64,000 nucleotides of DNA, taken from the human T2T-CHM13v2.0 reference genome, Homo sapiens. Below the pieces are notes generated by a model. The model saw only the letters and a list, made by a program, of their open reading frames with translations. It ran no database searches and was not told the DNA's origin. The DNA is taken from NCBI RefSeq assembly GCF_009914755.1, contig NC_060930.1. One strand, given 5' to 3'. Below, in pieces: positions 13,044-27,000 of the stretch. Positions within the stretch are counted from its first letter, which is position 1; each line of letters opens with the position of its first letter. Position numbers and translations under genes: made by a program.

Positions 13044-15781
13044 CATATCTTCTATTTGTTATTGCTCTTTGACTCTAGGAACTCAGGAATGTGCTATAGA
13101 AACACTCACTAACAAAGAACTACTCTTTGTCTTGATTAATGTAGTTTCAAAATGCTGATAGAAATTAAGGGAACAATATTTGTCATTTGTATTGTGATGT
13201 CCACTTAGTCATTTAGGCTAAGGAACATAAGAATGCTGGGACCTGAGCTAGTTGTCTCTCTATCTAGCTCTTATATTTCAGAAATAATACTATAATATTT
13301 GTGAGACAATTAGTTTTCTACCATCATTAGCAGATTCATTTTATTTGTGCATAAGTACTTCATTTGTTTAAGCTTATATATTGTAATCTTTAACCTATGT
13401 AAAATAGTGTCTGTAGTATATTTTTGGTGCTAAAATTTTACAAATTTTGTGTAATTGCAATTGTTTGAATCTAATATTACAGAAGGATTCGTGAGCATAG
13501 TGGAAATGCTTCAAAAATTAAGAATTTCGGAGACTAAAATTACATTACTGTACACTGACTATACATGTAAGAAGATAAATTCCAGATAGGAATCTAAGCT
13601 AAAGACTTAGACTATTGACAATTTTATTCTTCATTTACAAAACCTTTCATTTATTCTTCCTCTATAAATCACTGTTTTCATTAAAAATAAATGCTGATTA
13701 ATGCATGCACCACAGACAGTTTTTTAAACCTCAGTGCGTGCAAGGTATTTACATGCAGCCTTAACAAAGCTATATAATGATCACCCACAGTGGTAACATT
13801 ATGTGCAATACAATGATCATAGACACCCAGGTATATTCGGTATGAGCAAAAACTGTTTCTAAACTTTTCATAAAAAATATACTTTTTGATAATTTGAGGA
13901 ATGTACATCCCTTGCTCTCAGTTACACTTAACTAAACCACATAGCACATCTCAAAATGAGACCATGAATGAATCAGTCTGTTTCATACCCTTCTTATTCA
14001 AATTCCAGTGATTTTTTTTTTAACTGTATTTTATGGAGCAGCTGCAGGGCCTGAGCTTCTTTTTGTCTTGAAAAAAAATAAAGACCTCATTTAGCTCTTA
14101 GTGGAGCTATGAGCAGCAATGTGTTTGTTAGTCCAATGCATCCGTTCTTTGTGTAGCCGCAAACTCCAGACAGCATTGCGACTCCCTCCTCTGCTAAACT
14201 GTGTGAGGAGACAGTAGGTCACTGCTGCAGTCTGCCATCCAACAAAAGAAACAGAGGTGTGAAGAAAATGTTTGTGTACATTTGAGATGCTGTGACTATG
14301 GCTAAGTAATCAGCATAAGACTGAAGCTGCTCCATCACAAGAATGATGAGAAATTTTGCCAACAGCTAAATTGGAACTATGTGAATCTTAAAAAGATTGT
14401 GTAGAAAGGATGCCGTATTTAGTTACTGGTGCCATATTATATACAGTTTTCTTTATTGTTAGGTGATATTCAAAATTCTCTGTGAAAGCAGGCAATGTCC
14501 TGATTTATGTGGTGTGAAACCATGGTCAGTTGTAACCATGGCTACGATGTCATGGAGAAATCTGACAATGGAATCCACTAATTATAACTTTAAACCTTAC
14601 CCTATCTCTAGCTTAAAAAAATTGTTCTCAGAATTATTGCATTTGATTTATATCTTAGTGAATGACCTGGAAACTCCACAGCTCTTTTACAAAGCTTATC
14701 AGAAGAAGGATATACCATTTTCAAAAACTTTTCTAATGTCTAGCTACAAGAAAACCTGCAGAACTTCCTCTTACCTGCATGTTTTTACAAGCAGTGCAAC
14801 CCTCTTTCTAGTTGAAATTTACTTCATCCATTAATCACGTGTAATTGTTTCCACATTACAAAGTGTTTAGTACACTCTCTGTGGTGTGATTAATTAGATT
14901 TTATGTTAAAAATGATGTAGTCATGCTCAGAAGCAGTAAAAGACATGCAGTGCATTTGGGAAACAATGCCCAGAGTTACAGGTGGTAATTACCTTAACAT
15001 ACACAAGTGATTTCTTCCACTTCAGAATCATAATTCATAACTACCTTTATGACAAAATTTTAGGATATTTGAAATAAAAGATTAATTTGTACTAATTCCT
15101 ATACTTTTCAAATGCATATAGATATTTTTACATACGTAGTACTTGAAATAGTAGTAATATATTTAACATTTTTAAATGATAGAAAATTCACATTATGTTT
15201 TCACATCATGACTTTTGCTTAGTTTGTTAGCAACTTCAATATCTCTAAAAGTAAGGCTAATATTACATCTGTATTGTGAAGGGGACATGAGACAAGGCAT
15301 GTTTGAAATACTTTAATGTACAAAATTATATGTTTGTAGTACAGCAACAGACAGTGGTTCAGGTAGTTGACCACAGAACATTATTAAAGCTACAAAAATG
15401 TAGCAACAAAATCAGATACAAAAGAGAGTTAAATAAAAGTCACATTTTAAAAATATACGCTACAAAAATATCTCTAAAACAATACTCAAAATGTTATGTC
15501 AGAAATTATAAACTATAAGTCACACATTTTCATTTTCTGGCCTAGAGTTTTGAATGAATTGTTATAGATGTAAGGCAAAAATTATTGTAATTTATTATAT
15601 ATCACATTTAAAACTTCTACATTCTTTTCTAATAGTTACTTAATAGATATTAATCTAAAAGTGTGCCTCATAGATTTTTGCGGGGAGAGTTATACATGAT
15701 ACACTTTATTTATGGCAGTGGAAGTAATTGAATGCCTGTAGGTAAACATCAACAAAAGAGAGTGGTAGTCTCAAAAGAAGC

Positions 15782-16177
15782 TGCTATGAACTGAACCGTG
15801 TTCCCCTAAAAATCATATGTTAAAGCTCCAACCCACAAAGAGACTGTATTTGGAGATAGAACTTTTATGAGGTAATTAAGCTTAAATAAGGTCATAAGGT
15901 TGGGGTTCTAATCCTTGTAGGATTGGTGGCCTTACAAGAAGAGGAAGGATCACTCTCTCTCTTTACACTTATGTACCTAGGAGAGGCCATGTGAGCACAG
16001 AGGGAGAAAGTGGCCACAAGCCAGGAAGAGAGCCATAACCAGAACCCCACAGTGCTGACACGCTGACCTCAGACTTCCAGACTCCTTCAGACTCTCGGAG
16101 AATAAATTTCTGTTGTTTAAGTTACTCAATCAGTGATCAACAATACTTTATTACGGCAGCCGAAGCTGACTATTACA
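15782..16177 (+). mobile_element. MLT1A/B MaLR solo LTR
   Basis: TGCTATG...CTATTACA termini, AATAAATTTCTGTTGTTTAAG; perfect TSD GAAGC. Confidence 0.9.
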
Positions 16178-19100
16178 GAAGCAGGGTATTTAAATTATTC
16201 ACTTATGTCTGAATAATTTTATGTCATGGAAACTGTAAAGTCCTAAACATTGTGTACTTAAGAGTGCTAGTTTTATTATTGAGCATAGAACAGAAATGTA
16301 CAGCATGGATTCCTACGTCACTTTGTAACAAGAGATTTTCATAAGATTATCAATATCAGAGTCTAGGAATGTAAAAAGATATTTTTACACCATTCTCTCT
16401 TTCTCTCCTTTCACATATCTAAAAAATGAAAATGGCATATATTTTATATTAAATATTCTCAGTTATATAACACCTTTTATTGAAGAGGACACAGTGAATA
16501 TATATTTTTCAAAATCAATGCTAATAGTTTATTTTCCATATTCATTCTAAAATATACACAAAGATCGTAATAGATAAAAAGAAATAAGTAGTAGTTTAGA
16601 AAGTGAAAGTTATTAACAGTGATATTTTTAAGATAGAATCTTACCATTCATTTCCATAAAGAAAACCTGGTATGTGTTCTTAAAAAATTTTTTTTTTCAA
16701 TAGCTTTAGAGGTACAAGTGGTTTTGGGTTACATGGATGAATTGTATCATGGAGAAGTCTGGCAATTTAGTGCACTCATCAGCCAAGTAGTATGTATTGC
16801 ACCCAATAGGTAGTTTTTTTTTTTTTTTCACTGCCGCTCCCCCACCCCCGTCGCCACTGAGTCTCCAATGTCCATTATATTACTCTGTATGCTTTGCATG
16901 CTCATAGCTTAGCTCCCACTTATAAGAGAACATATGGTTACTAAGTAACATTCCTGAGTTACTTAGAATAATGTCTTCCAGTTACCTCTAATTTCCTGCA
17001 AAAGATATTATTTCATTCTTTTTTATGGCTGAGTAGTATTCTGTGGTGTGTATATCAAATGAGTGGATAAAGAAAGTGTGATATATGTATATATATCACC
17101 ACTCATTGGTTGATGGGCACTTAGGTTAATTCCATATATTTGCAATTGTGAATTGTGTCGTGATAAACATATGTGCAAGTATCTTTTTGATACAGTGACC
17201 TCTTTTCCTTTGGGTACAACCCCGATAGTGGGATTGCTGGAAGAATGGTAGATCTACTTTTAGATCTTTGAGAAGTCTTCACACTTTTTCCATAGAGGTT
17301 GTACTAATTCACATTTCCTACCAACAATGTATAAGCATTCTTTTTTCATCACATCCACATTACCATCTATTTTTTTTGACTTTTTAATAATGGCCATTCT
17401 GGCTGGGGTAAAGTGTTATTTCGTTGAAGTTTTAGATTGTAATTCCCTAATGATTAGTGATGTTGAACGTTTTAAAATATGTTTGTTGGTCATTTGTATG
17501 TCTTCTTTTGAGAACTGTCTATTTATGTACTTTGATTTTTTTTTTCTTGCTGATTTGCTTGAGTTTCTTGTAGATTCTGGATATTAGTCCTTTGTTGGAT
17601 GGATAATTTGCAAATATTTTCTCTCACTCTGTATGTTGTCCATTTATTCTGATGACCATTCTTTTGCTGTGCAGAAGCTTTTTACCTTAATTAGATCCCA
17701 TGTATTTAGTTTTGCTTATTTTGCATTTACTTTTTTATTTTTATTTTTTTGCCTAGGCCAATGTCCAGAAAAGATTTTCCTAGGTTTTCTTGTAGGATTT
17801 TTATGGTTTCATGTCTTAGATTTAAGTCTTTAATTAATATTGCGTTAAGTTTCATACACAGTGAGAGGGATTCAGTTTCATTCTTCCACATGTGGCTATC
17901 CAATTTTCACAGCACCATTTATTGCATAGGGTGTCCTTTTCCCAGTTTATGTGTCTATGTGCTTTGTTAAAGATCAGTTGGTCATAAACATTTGGCTTTA
18001 TTTCTGGGTTATCTGTTCTGTTCCATTAGTCTATGTATCTACTTTTATACCACTACCATGTTGTTTTGGTTACTATAGCCTTGTTGTATAATTTGAAGTT
18101 GGGTAATGTGATGCCTCCATACTTGTTTTTGCTTAGGATTTCTTTGGCTATTCAGTGGCTATTATCCTTTCTTGGTTCCATATGAATTTTAGGATTGTTT
18201 TGCTAATTCTGTGAAAAATGATGTTTGTATTTTGATTGAAATTGCACTGTATCTATAGATTGCTTTGAGCAGTCTGGATATTCTTATGATATTGGTTCTT
18301 CCATTCCATGAGTATGGGATGTATTTCCCTTTGTTTGTGTCATCTATGATTTATTTCAGCGTGTTTTGTAGTTCTCCTTGTAGAGATCCTTCATCTCCTT
18401 GATTAAGTACACTCCTAGATATTTTAATTTATTTTGGGGAGCTACTATAAAATTTATTAAGTTCTCAATTTGGTTCTCAGTTTGGTCATTGTTAGTGTAT
18501 AGCAGTGCTACTGATTTGTGTACATTGATTTTGTACCTTGAGACTTTCCTGAGTTCAATTATCAGATCAAGGAGTCTTTTGGAGGAGTCTTTAGAATTTT
18601 CTCTGTATCAGATTATGTAATAGGCAAATGGATAGTTTGACTTCCTCTAGTCCAATCTGGATGCCCTTTCTTTTGACTTATTGCCCTGGCTAGGACTTTC
18701 AGAATCATTTTAGAGAAGTGGTGAAAGTGGGCATCCTTGACTTGCTACAGTTCTTAGGGGGAACACTTTCAACTTTTTCCTGTTCAGCATGATGTTGGCT
18801 GTGGATTTGTCATACACGGTTTTTATTACTTTGAGGTAAGTTCTTTCTATGTCTAGCTTGTTGAGGGTTTTTAATCATAAATAAGGCTGGATTTTATTAA
18901 ATGTTTTCTCTGCATTATTGAGATGATCATAAGGTTTTTTATTTTTAATTGTGTTAATGTGATGAATCACATTTATTGTCTTGCATATATTGAATCATCT
19001 CTGTATTCCTGGCAAGAAACCCACTTCATCATGGTGAATTTTTTTTATCTGCTGTTATATTTGATTTGCTAGTATTTTGTTGAGTATTTTCACATCTATA

Positions 19101-19778
19101 TTTATTAGGGATAATGGTCTGTAGTTTTTTATTGTTACATCCTTTATTGGATTTGATGTCAGGGTGATACTGGCTTCGCAGGATGACTTAGGAAGGATTC
19201 CCTCTTTCTCAACCTTTCAGAATAGTTTCAATAGAATTAGGACCAATTCTTTGAATGTTCAGTAGAATTTGGCTGTGAATCCATCTGGCTCTGGGCTTTG
19301 TTGTTGTTGTTGGCAGTTTTTAAAAAATTACTGATTCAATCTCTCTACTTGTTTCTGGTCTTTTCAGGATTTCTATTTCTTCCTTATTCAAGCTAGCGGG
19401 GTTGTATATTTTCAAAAATTTATGCATTTCCTCTAGAATTTCTAATTTGTGTGCATAGATATGTTCATAGTAATCTTAAATGGTATTTTTTATTTCTGTG
19501 CTGTAAGTTGTAACATCTCCATTTTTATTTCTAACTGAGTTTATGTAAATTTTCTTTTCTTGGTTAATTTAGCCAGTGATCTATCAACTTTGTTTATCTT
19601 TTGAAAGAACCAACACTTTGTTTCATTGATCTTTCAGTTTTTGTTTTGGTTTCAATTTTATTTAGTTCTCTTCTAATTTTTGCCATTTCTTTTATTCTGC
19701 AAGATTTGGGTTTTGTTTGTTCTGGTTTCTCTAGTTTCTTGAGGTGTGATATTAGGTTGTCAATTTGTGATCTTTCAC

Positions 19779-20089
19779 TTTTTTTTTTTTTTTTATTTGG
19801 AGATGGAGTCTCTCTCAGTTGCCCAGGCTGGAGTGCAGTGGCGCGATTTCGGCTTACTGCAAGCTCCACCTCCCGGGTTGAAGCCATTCTCCTGCCTCCC
19901 CCCGCCCCCACCTGCCCCTTAGCTGGGACGGCAGGCGCCCACCACCACGCCCGGCTAATTTTTTGTATTTTTAGTAGAGAGGGGTTTCACCATGTTAGCC
20001 AGGATGGTCTCGATTTCCTGACCTTGTGATCCGCCTGTCTCGGCCTCCCAAAGGGCTGGGATTACAGACGTGAGCCACAGCGCCCGGCC
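19779..20089 (-). mobile_element. AluY-like element with a C/G-run replacement in the right arm
   Basis: CTGCAAGCTCC and TTAGCCAGGATGGTCTCGAT diagnostics; poly-T at 19779-19798. Confidence 0.93.
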
Positions 20090-22103
20090 ACTTTCAGACT
20101 TTTTGATGTAGGCATTTAACACTATACACTATCCTCTCGGCATTGCTTTGTCTTTATCCCAGAGATTTTGGTAACTTGTGTCACTGTTATCATTCATTTT
20201 GAAAAATGTTTTGATTTCCATATTGATTTCATCGTTAACACAAAAGTCATTCAGAAGTTGATTGTTTAATTTCCATGGATTTGTATAGTTTCGAGGGTTC
20301 CTTTTGGAATTGGTTTCTAGTTTTATTCTGCTGTTTGAGAAGATATGTGATATAATTTCAATTTTTAGAAATATATTGGGACATATTTTGTGGGCTCTCA
20401 TATGGTCTATCTTAGATACTGTTTTATCTGCTGGTGAGAAGAATGTATCTTCTACAGTTCTTAGGTAGAATGTTCTGTAAATATTAGGTCTATTTCTTCT
20501 AGAGTGCAATTTAAATTCAGTATTTCCTTGTTGACTTTCTGCCTCAATGATCCGTCTAGTTTGTCAGTGGAGTGTTAAATTACCTCACTATTACTGTGTT
20601 GCTATCTGTATTCTTAGGTTTAGTAGTAAGTGCTTTATGAATCTGAGAGCTCCAGAGTTGGGTGGATATATATATAGGATTGTTATATTTTCTTGTTCAC
20701 TTCATCCTTTTATCATTATATGACTTTGTCTTTTTAAAAAACTGTTGTTTCTTGAAAGTCTGTTTTATCTAATGTAAGAATAGTTACTACTTTCTATTTG
20801 TATGAAATATCTTTTTCTACCCCTTAATCTTGAGTCTATAAGAATACTTACATTAGGTGTATCTCCTGAAGAAAGAAGATATCTAGTTTGTGATATTTTT
20901 ATCCATTTATCCATCTGTATCTTTTAAGTGGATCATAGAGACCATTCATATTCAATGCTAATATTGAGATGTGAGGTACTCTTCCAGTCATTGTCTTGTT
21001 ACTAGTGAGTTTGTTTTCTGCATTGTGTTATTGTTTTATAAGCACTGTGAATTTTTGTGCTTTCAGGCATTTCTATTCTGGTGTGTATTGACCTTTAGTT
21101 TCAAGATTTAGAGTTCCTTTTAACATTTATTATAAGGCTGGTCTAGTATTGACAAATTTCCTCAGCATTTGCATGTCTGAGAAATACTTTATTTCTCTTT
21201 CACTTATGTTTTGTTGTATAGAAAATTCTTGACTGACAGTTATTCTGTTTAAGGAGACTGAAGATAGGACTTCAATCCCTTTGGTCTGTAAGGATTCTGC
21301 TGAGGAGTTTGCTGTTAGTCTGATAGGTTTTCTTTATAGGTTACCCGATGTCTTTTTATCACTGCTCTTTAAATTCTCTCCTTCATGTTGACCTTAGATA
21401 GCCTGATAACTATATATGCATTGATGACGTCCTTTTTACTATGCATCTCCAAAGAGTTCTTTAGCTTCTCATATTTGGATGTTTTAATCTCTAGCAAGGC
21501 CAGAGAAATTTCTCTCAATTATTCTCTCAAATGGGTTTTCCAAACTTTTTGCTTTTTCTTTTGGCATGTTTTCTTTTCCTTGAAGAAAATCTATAATTCT
21601 TAGGTTAACCATTTTACATATTCCATATTTCTTGGAGACTTCATTCATTTCTTTTAAGCCTTTCTTCTTTTTGTCTTATTGGGTTAGTTTGAAAGCCTTT
21701 TCTTCAAGCTCTAAAATCTTTCTTCTACTTGGTCTAGCTTATTGTTAAAATCTTCTACCGCATTTTGTAGTTTCCTAAATGCATTTCTCATATCCACAAG
21801 TTTGGTTTGGTTTCTCATTAAATTATCTATCAGAAGATTTTTAATTCATATCCTGAGTTTTTAAGAAATATTATATATGTTGGTTTTCACCTTTCTCTTG
21901 TACGTCTTTGACATAACTAGGACATACAAGAGAAAGGTTGGTTGTGAAATCAACCTTTTGAATTATTTGATATTTAAAGATTTCATCTTGGATGTGATCC
22001 ACTGCTGGAGAGTTATTGTAATATTTTGGGGGTGTTATAGATCTGTGTTTTTTTGTATTGCCAGAATTATTTTTCTGGTTCTTTCTCATCTGAGTGGACT
22101 ATT

Positions 22104-22480
22104 TGCTATGGTTTGGCTGTGTCCCCACCCAAATTTCATCACAAATTGTAGTTTCCATAATCCCCACATGTTGTGAGAGGGACCTGGTGGGAGGTAATTG
22201 AATCATGGGGGTGGTTACCCCCATACAGCTTTTCTCGTGTTAGTGAAGAGTTTTCAGGATATCTGATAATTTTATAAGGGGTTTCTCCCTTTTTGTTTGA
22301 CATTTCTCCTTCCTGTCATTAAGTGAAGAAGGATGTGTTTGCTTCCCCTTCCACCATGATTGTAAGTTTCCTGAGGCCTCCCCAGCCATGCTAAACTGTA
22401 AGTCTATTAAAACTTTTTCTTTTATAAATTATCCAGTCTTGGGTATGTCTTTATTAGCAGCGTGAGAAGAAACAAATACA
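22104..22480 (+). mobile_element. THE1B/C MaLR solo LTR
   Basis: TGCTATGGTTTGGCTGTGTCCCCACCCAAAT...TTATTAGCAGCGTGAGAA...ATACA. Confidence 0.93.
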
Positions 22481-23039
22481 CTCTCTCTTATAATTATTTA
22501 TTCATTCGTTCATTCATTCATTAGTCCTTTAGTTCTTTAGTGGTGATTTCTGAGATTTTGGTGCACCCATCATATTTTTTATTCAATTGGGTTTTTATTT
22601 TTTCCCATGAGGTTGTGACTTTATAGTTTATTATCATCTAGTTTCGCCTCTAGTTTCTTTCAGTGGTAATGACTCTATATGAGTTCCTTGGTTACAGAGA
22701 ATTTTTGTATAATGACTTTCTCAGATGCTGGTTGTAGTAGTGATGTGCTGGGTATGTTAGCAGGTTCACTGTCTTCTCTGGGGAATTTTTCCTCTGGTTC
22801 CCTCTGTAGGCTGCTGTTAACTGCTTCTTTCAAAGGGTCTGTGGTTTCTTTCCTATTTTCCTGTTACATTCCTGTATAATTTCTTGGAAAAACATTCACA
22901 ATGTGGATCTCTACACAAGATTTCATCTTTCCAAGTAGGAGAGACATGCTAACAATGCCTCCAATCTGCCCTCTTCGAAAAAAAGCTTGGTTTGTGTTTC
23001 TGATGATATTTTTGAATAATACTTTTAATAAATATTATT

Positions 23040-24000
23040 GTGGATGATGCACAGGATCCCCTTAGAGAATAAAGGAACTCATTCCTAAAGCTTTTTAGAA
23101 TGTGCATACTGACAGCATACACATAATCTTTTGCTGGGAATTGCCCTTGGCCAAAATGAACTGCCTCACCTGGGGTCTCACACTTTCTCAAGGAACAGGT
23201 CATATAATATGACTGGTTGATGATGAGTACAAAGGCTTGCTCCCCTACTTTAACTGAGGACATCTCTGAAGGGCTGTTTTAGCTCCAGAGTCCCCAGTGT
23301 TGGAACTATCCATATACTCAATTATTCTTCCTTCATTTCTTTACACATGCGGTTCCCCAGAGGACACCCTAATAAATCTCTAAGTGTCAATTTCCAAATT
23401 TCTTATTAAAAAACACTTTTATATAAAAAGACACTTGGGCTAACATATGATACTTACTAATAACTTGTGAATAGGGTCACCTGGGAATAATGATGTTTGC
23501 AATTACTTAAGAATAACCTAATATCATGTTTAAACATGTGTGGGTAATGCTGCAATGCAGTATCTAGCTCCCTTTACAGGATTGAAGGAACTCTTTTTCA
23601 AGCTGCTGGGAATGGAGTCATAGTTTTTAGCCCCCTTTTTATATAAAGAAAACTGCCTCACCCAAGGCCATGCCACATTCTGTGGGCAGTGTGCATTCCA
23701 TGACAAATTAAGGTGAAATTAAAAGATTTAGCTTTTTGGGCCATCTCAGATCAACTCTGAAAGGTCATCCCAGCTCCAGAGCTACTGGTGGGTTTGGCTG
23801 AGGGGTGAGAGTGCTCCCTTAGGCTAAGGCTAATTCTCAGAAAGGAATGGTGCTTTATATTTTTAGCATCCAACACTCTCTGCTCAATCTTCCTTTTCTT
23901 CTCTTCAACACGTGTTGGGTATTAATCTCAAGACCACTCTCTAATAAATATTTTTATGCTAACATTTTCCCAGAGTTTTCTTTCCAGGGAATCTAATTGG
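23040..24000 (+). mobile_element. Two LTR16-like LTR remnants (~23040-23400 and ~23560-24000)
   Basis: GCTGGGAATTGCCCTTGGCC...AACTGCCTCACC and AGCTCCAGAG motifs occur in both copies. Confidence 0.6.
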
Positions 24001-26645
24001 TGATATAAGATATTATGTATTTATATAATTAATATACGTATATACATATACACACATATAAATGTCTGTGTGTGTATACACATTTTATCAGAGACTTCAA
24101 ATTCCATTACACATTTAAAAGCTTGTTTCCAAAGTCATCTTTTTTTTTCTTTTTTTCACATCATCAGCTTTATGTTTTACAGAATTCAGATGGTACTTTG
24201 TATTTTTTTATTAGAGTTGACCTGTAATCAACATTTTTTCTGTTTTTCACTCTATAATTAACTTGGTTTTCAGATAAACCCAATACATTCCTGCAGTAAG
24301 CTCTCCTGTGGAATCAATTACAATTCTGTACTCAGTCTTATTATCTTAACAATGGGTGATTAAATAGCCCTTTCTCCCACAACAATTACGGTCTCTCAGT
24401 ATCAACAATGTGGGTTTGGTGAAATCTCATTATCATCCTATTGGATCACTTGGTAAGTAAACATTGCCAATTTTTATAATGGTAATGAACATGCAAGCAA
24501 AGAACATATATTCAGTTCATAAAGCTTTTAGCACTTGTTAGCTTCATAGTAGTAACAGAAGAAAAATACGTTAACTGGTGTGTTTGGCTTTTCTCATGAT
24601 TTCTGTAACTGCACTACCATAGTACTAGTAGCTTTATATGTTTGATGACTTTCATAACTTATTTGTCAACTACCTAACGAGCAAATTTTGGGAAATGTTG
24701 TAGAGAATACATACAAATAATATAACTCATATATCAGTTGGCAGGTACAGTTCAATATTAAACAGATATATAAGCCTATAATGGATAAGGGTAAGATACA
24801 TCCTGGCTTAAAATGCAGTTATGAGAGCTATCAGATTATAGCTGGGGTGCTTGGGATAGTTGGAATAGAGATTCTGATAAATAGAATTTAGATGTATAGA
24901 CAGTCAACATACAATATGATGCTCTTGGTTCAGCTCCCACTGAATTTGGTCAAGTCGATGCAGTTAAATATTCAAGTGGAGCGCATAGAAAGGCTCCCTT
25001 GAGATGGACAGATTTCTAACTTCAGCACCAATTAGGGAAATTAAAGTGGGCCTTGGTGGAAGGAATACAGAAAATACAGCAAATCCATAACTAGCTAGTT
25101 TGTTTGTTTGTATAATTTATAATTAGAAGTGTGTAATTGGAAATACAGAAGTCAATAAACCACAAAGTGAAGAAATAGTGGAAGAATATTGCCACTCTCA
25201 CATAATGGAGCAAAGAAGAGTTAAAACTACCTAAATGGTCAAAATAATGCCTCTAAATTTACAACTGTTCTCGTTAAGGGAATGCTATTCTCATGAAGAG
25301 AAAAATTAATATTGTTACTTTTGTAATTGGTAATAATGCATATAATATTATCTTCTAGAATTGTGTTGTGAAGGGAAACATGTAAGAAAAGAATTATAAA
25401 AAGGAAGACAGAAAGGGAAAAATATAGGACTATTTTTTGGGGAGATAAACATTTGGGTAAATGTGTAAAAATGGGTGAATGTTAATTGGGCTATATTAAC
25501 AATGGGGGAGTTAAATGTGGAAATTCATTTTATGGGATAAGAGGAGGATATCATTTTAGAATTAAATAAATTAAGGTAATATGCTCAAAATAAAGGATAT
25601 CACATTTACAATATTATAACCAAATAATTTAGGAGGATATAAGAATACAATAAGAGATTAGTCATATAGAATTGTCCAGGCAAAGTCCTGGACAATGGTC
25701 TCCCCACTTTATAATGATCATATTATAATGAGAAACATCACATGCAAATTAGGTAACCAGAAACTAGATGCTAATCCATAGCTGGTCCAGTTAGCTGTAC
25801 TCTGAAGGAAGGAGTGAAAAAGAATCTCACATTGTAAGACAGTTAAAGTGTAAATTAAAAAGGAGAGAACTTGTGTACTGCATAAGAGGATTAAATTTAG
25901 TTTGCAAATTTGAGAGTGCTTTTGGGTACTATAAAATTTGAGTTTCTCCCACTGAATTTGGTCAAGTCTATGCAGTTAAATATTCAAAAAGTCTCGTGTG
26001 CTTTGCTTCTTAACATGATATCAGGAAGGAAGTTACAGAGACCGAGGATTGAGAAAATGTAGATGCTTCATCTCCTGATGACTTACATGAGTTAACTTAG
26101 GCCCAGGAACTGCGACAATCAGTGCTGAGACTCTCTCACTGTCTTTGCCATGCAACCAGGAGAGCCACAGTGGAAATACAACAATGAGCAAACAAAGACA
26201 TTAAACTAACTCTCTCCCTGGGCAGATACAGATTGCTAGGCATAATTCTCTTACAAAAACTGCCTTCAAGAATTTTGTTCAGGCAAACTGATTTTTTTTT
26301 TTCCCAGAATTCTGAACTTTTATGCTGTTGCATTTTTTTCTTTTTTAAAATATTTTGAAAAACTGCATTGTTTTATTTTTAATTATAGGAAGTTGTATAA
26401 TAATTTGTCAATAATTGCCTTTTTAAACTTCCCATGTTATTTTCTTTCTTGTACAACATACTGAATCACATATTACAGTCAAGTTTCTAAATATTTTATT
26501 TTTACAAGTGGGGTATAAGATCCCTGAAGGAAGGAACTAGCATAATATCCAGCACATTGTATTTCAAATTATATGTATAAAATAAATGTGCATTCTGGGA
26601 ATACATTTGAAACATCACCAGTAAGATAATAAAGAATAAGATGTG

Positions 26646-27000
<355 letters not shown>

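Larger units (their letters stand above)
16688..22977 (-). mobile_element. Near full-length L1PB (L1PB3-like), decayed, with nested Alu and THE1
   Basis: T-tail and L1PB3-type 3'UTR at 16690-16815, degenerate ORF2 (YQNLWD, LKKLEK motifs), ORF1 region ~21000-22090, 5'-terminal CTGCC(A)TCTT-like end at ~22975. Confidence 0.88.

Noticed and set aside
14463-14834. 123-aa + ORF in unique DNA
   Set aside because: Non-ATG start, no recognisable homology, no convincing splice signals.
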